DNA of 64,000 nt from Eledone cirrhosa (taxonomy: Eukaryota): contig OZ024764.1 of the NCBI GenBank assembly GCA_964016885.1, positions 1,798,001 to 1,862,000 on the forward strand. The letters run 5' to 3'. The notes beneath the pieces were generated by a model. It had not been told where the DNA came from and ran no database searches. It saw only the letters and a program-made list of their open reading frames with translations. Every line of letters starts with the position of its first letter. Positions within the stretch are counted from its first letter, which is position 1. Of this stretch, positions 62,145 to 64,000 are shown piece by piece. The position numbers and the translations under genes are program-made.

Positions 62145-62395
62145 GACTGTTAGATGATAAAGTCAACCTGACTATCTTAAATTTGGTCTTTGTGCCAACC
62201 CTTACATATGGTCATGAATCTTGGGTAATGACCGAAAGAATACGATCGCGAATACAAGCAGTCGAAATAGGGTTACTTCGAAGGGACTTTGGAATAGCAT
62301 TACTTGATAGACTGCATATCTCTGAGATCGGAGAGTCACTCCAGGTAGAGCTGCTACTTTTCTGAATTGAGAGATTGAAGCTCTAATACTACATA
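62145..62395 (+). pseudogene. RTE-like LINE ORF fragment
   Basis: VFVPTLTYGHESWVMTERIRSRIQAVEIGLLRR. Confidence 0.8.
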
Positions 62396-62594
62396 CGGGG
62401 TTATCACTACCATTAAAGTCAACTGGGTAGCCACGTAGGGCACACATATCAGAGAGGTACATTACCGAACCTTAAAGAGTCACAGTTTTACACAGGGATG
62501 ATGCTACCATGAAGGCCAACTTGGCAGACACCTAGGGCACACATATCAGAAAATTACATGACTGAAGCATAAAAGACCACACATACACTCTCAT

Positions 62595-63345
62595 ATCATC
62601 ATCATTGTTTAACGTCCATATTCCACACTAGCATGGGTAGGACGGGTTGGTCCTTAGGGAGAAAAGCAAGTCAGAGGACCATGTTTTATTCACCTAGGAC
62701 TGATTTTGGTTTGGTTTCTATGGCTGGATGCCCTTCCTAACACCAACCACATTTACAGTGAGTACTGGGTACTTTTTGTTGTGACACCTACATGACCACT
62801 TTACAGTGTGGACTGGGTACTTTTTGTTGTGACACCTACATGACCACTTTACAGTGTGGACTGGGTACTTTTTGTTGTGACACCTACACTACCACTTTAC
62901 AGTGTGGACTGGGTACTTTTTGTTGTGACACCTACACTACCACTTTACAGTGTGGACTGGGTACTTTTTCTTGTGACACCTACATGACCACTTTACAGTG
63001 TGGACTGGGTACTTTTGGTTATGACACCTACATGACCACTTTACAGCGTGGACTGGGTACTTTTTGTTGTGACACCTACATGACCACTTTACAGCGTGGA
63101 CTGGGTACTTTTTGTTGTGACACCTACATGACCACTTTACAGTGTCGCTGTAATATGGCCGTGTAGGTGTCACAACAAAAAACACACAGTCCACGCTGTA
63201 ATGTGGCCGTGTAGGTAACACGGTAAAAACCTCCCAGTCCACGCTCAGTGAGACACGGTCACCCAACCAACCTTGCCTCAAGTGGGACAACTCCCGTCTA
63301 ACCCATGCTAGCGTGGAAGATGGACTTTAAACAATGATGATGATA
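62595..63345. mobile_element. SINE 3' halves head-to-head; the minus copy has ~8 tandem 45-bp modules
   Basis: Minus 62595-63145; plus 63146-63345. Confidence 0.85.
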
Positions 63346-63424
63346 TGTATATATATGTAAAAGGTATACAGAAATAACAACACATTCGCTACAGACTATA
63401 GAAGGGATATATTAGGTTAACGCT

Positions 63425-64000
63425 TTCACATTCATACATACACACACATATATATATATATATGTGTGTGTATGTATGTGTATGAATGTGTATATATATA
63501 CACATATATAAATATATATACATACATTCATACACACACACATATATATATATATATATATGTGTGTGTGTATGTGTATGAATGTGTATATATATACACA
63601 TATATAAATATATATATACATACATTCATACACACACACATATATATATATATATGTGTGTGTGTATGTGTATGAATGTGTATATATATACACATATAAA
63701 TATATATATACATACATTCATACACACACACATATATATATATATGTGTGTATGTGTATGAATGTGTATATATATACACATATATAAATATATATACATA
63801 CATTCATACACACACACCTATATATATATGTGTGTGTGTATGTGTGTATGAATGTGTATATATATACACATATAAATATATATATACATACATTCATACA
63901 CACACACATATATATATATGTGTGTGTGTATGTGTATGAATGTGTATATATATATACATACATTCTTACACACACACATATATATATATATGTGTGTGTG
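63425..64000. repeat. ~90-98-bp quasi-palindromic minisatellite
   Basis: acattcatacac...gtgtatgaatgt units. Confidence 0.85.

Overview
Repeat-saturated, AT-rich eukaryotic (animal) genomic DNA. The SINE families and extreme (TA)n content suggest a cephalopod/octopus-type mollusc (inference). No intact protein-coding gene is supportable: nearly all listed ORFs are translations of microsatellites or satellites. The window holds multi-kb (TA)n/(TACA)n tracts, a 15.3-kb 69/73-bp satellite with a ~2.1-kb higher-order repeat, two oppositely oriented 72/60-bp arrays, several minisatellites (some derived from SINE or RTE-LINE sequence), many tRNA-derived SINEs, RTE and L1/Tx1-like LINE fragments and a probable non-autonomous Helitron. 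The main result is that most of the short unique islands inside (TA)n tracts (at ~0.1-7.6 kb and ~40.6-49.3 kb) carry type I hammerhead ribozyme (HHR) folds from about ten or more families with no evident sequence similarity. Many sit in head-to-head inverted duplications with the ribozyme strand reading outward, and one lies in a 310-bp tandem unit. This resembles Penelope-like pLTRs / non-LTR retrozymes inserting into (TA)n. Recurrent core variants occur (U3-A8, U10.1-U11.1). All folds were derived by eye and catalytic activity is untested.
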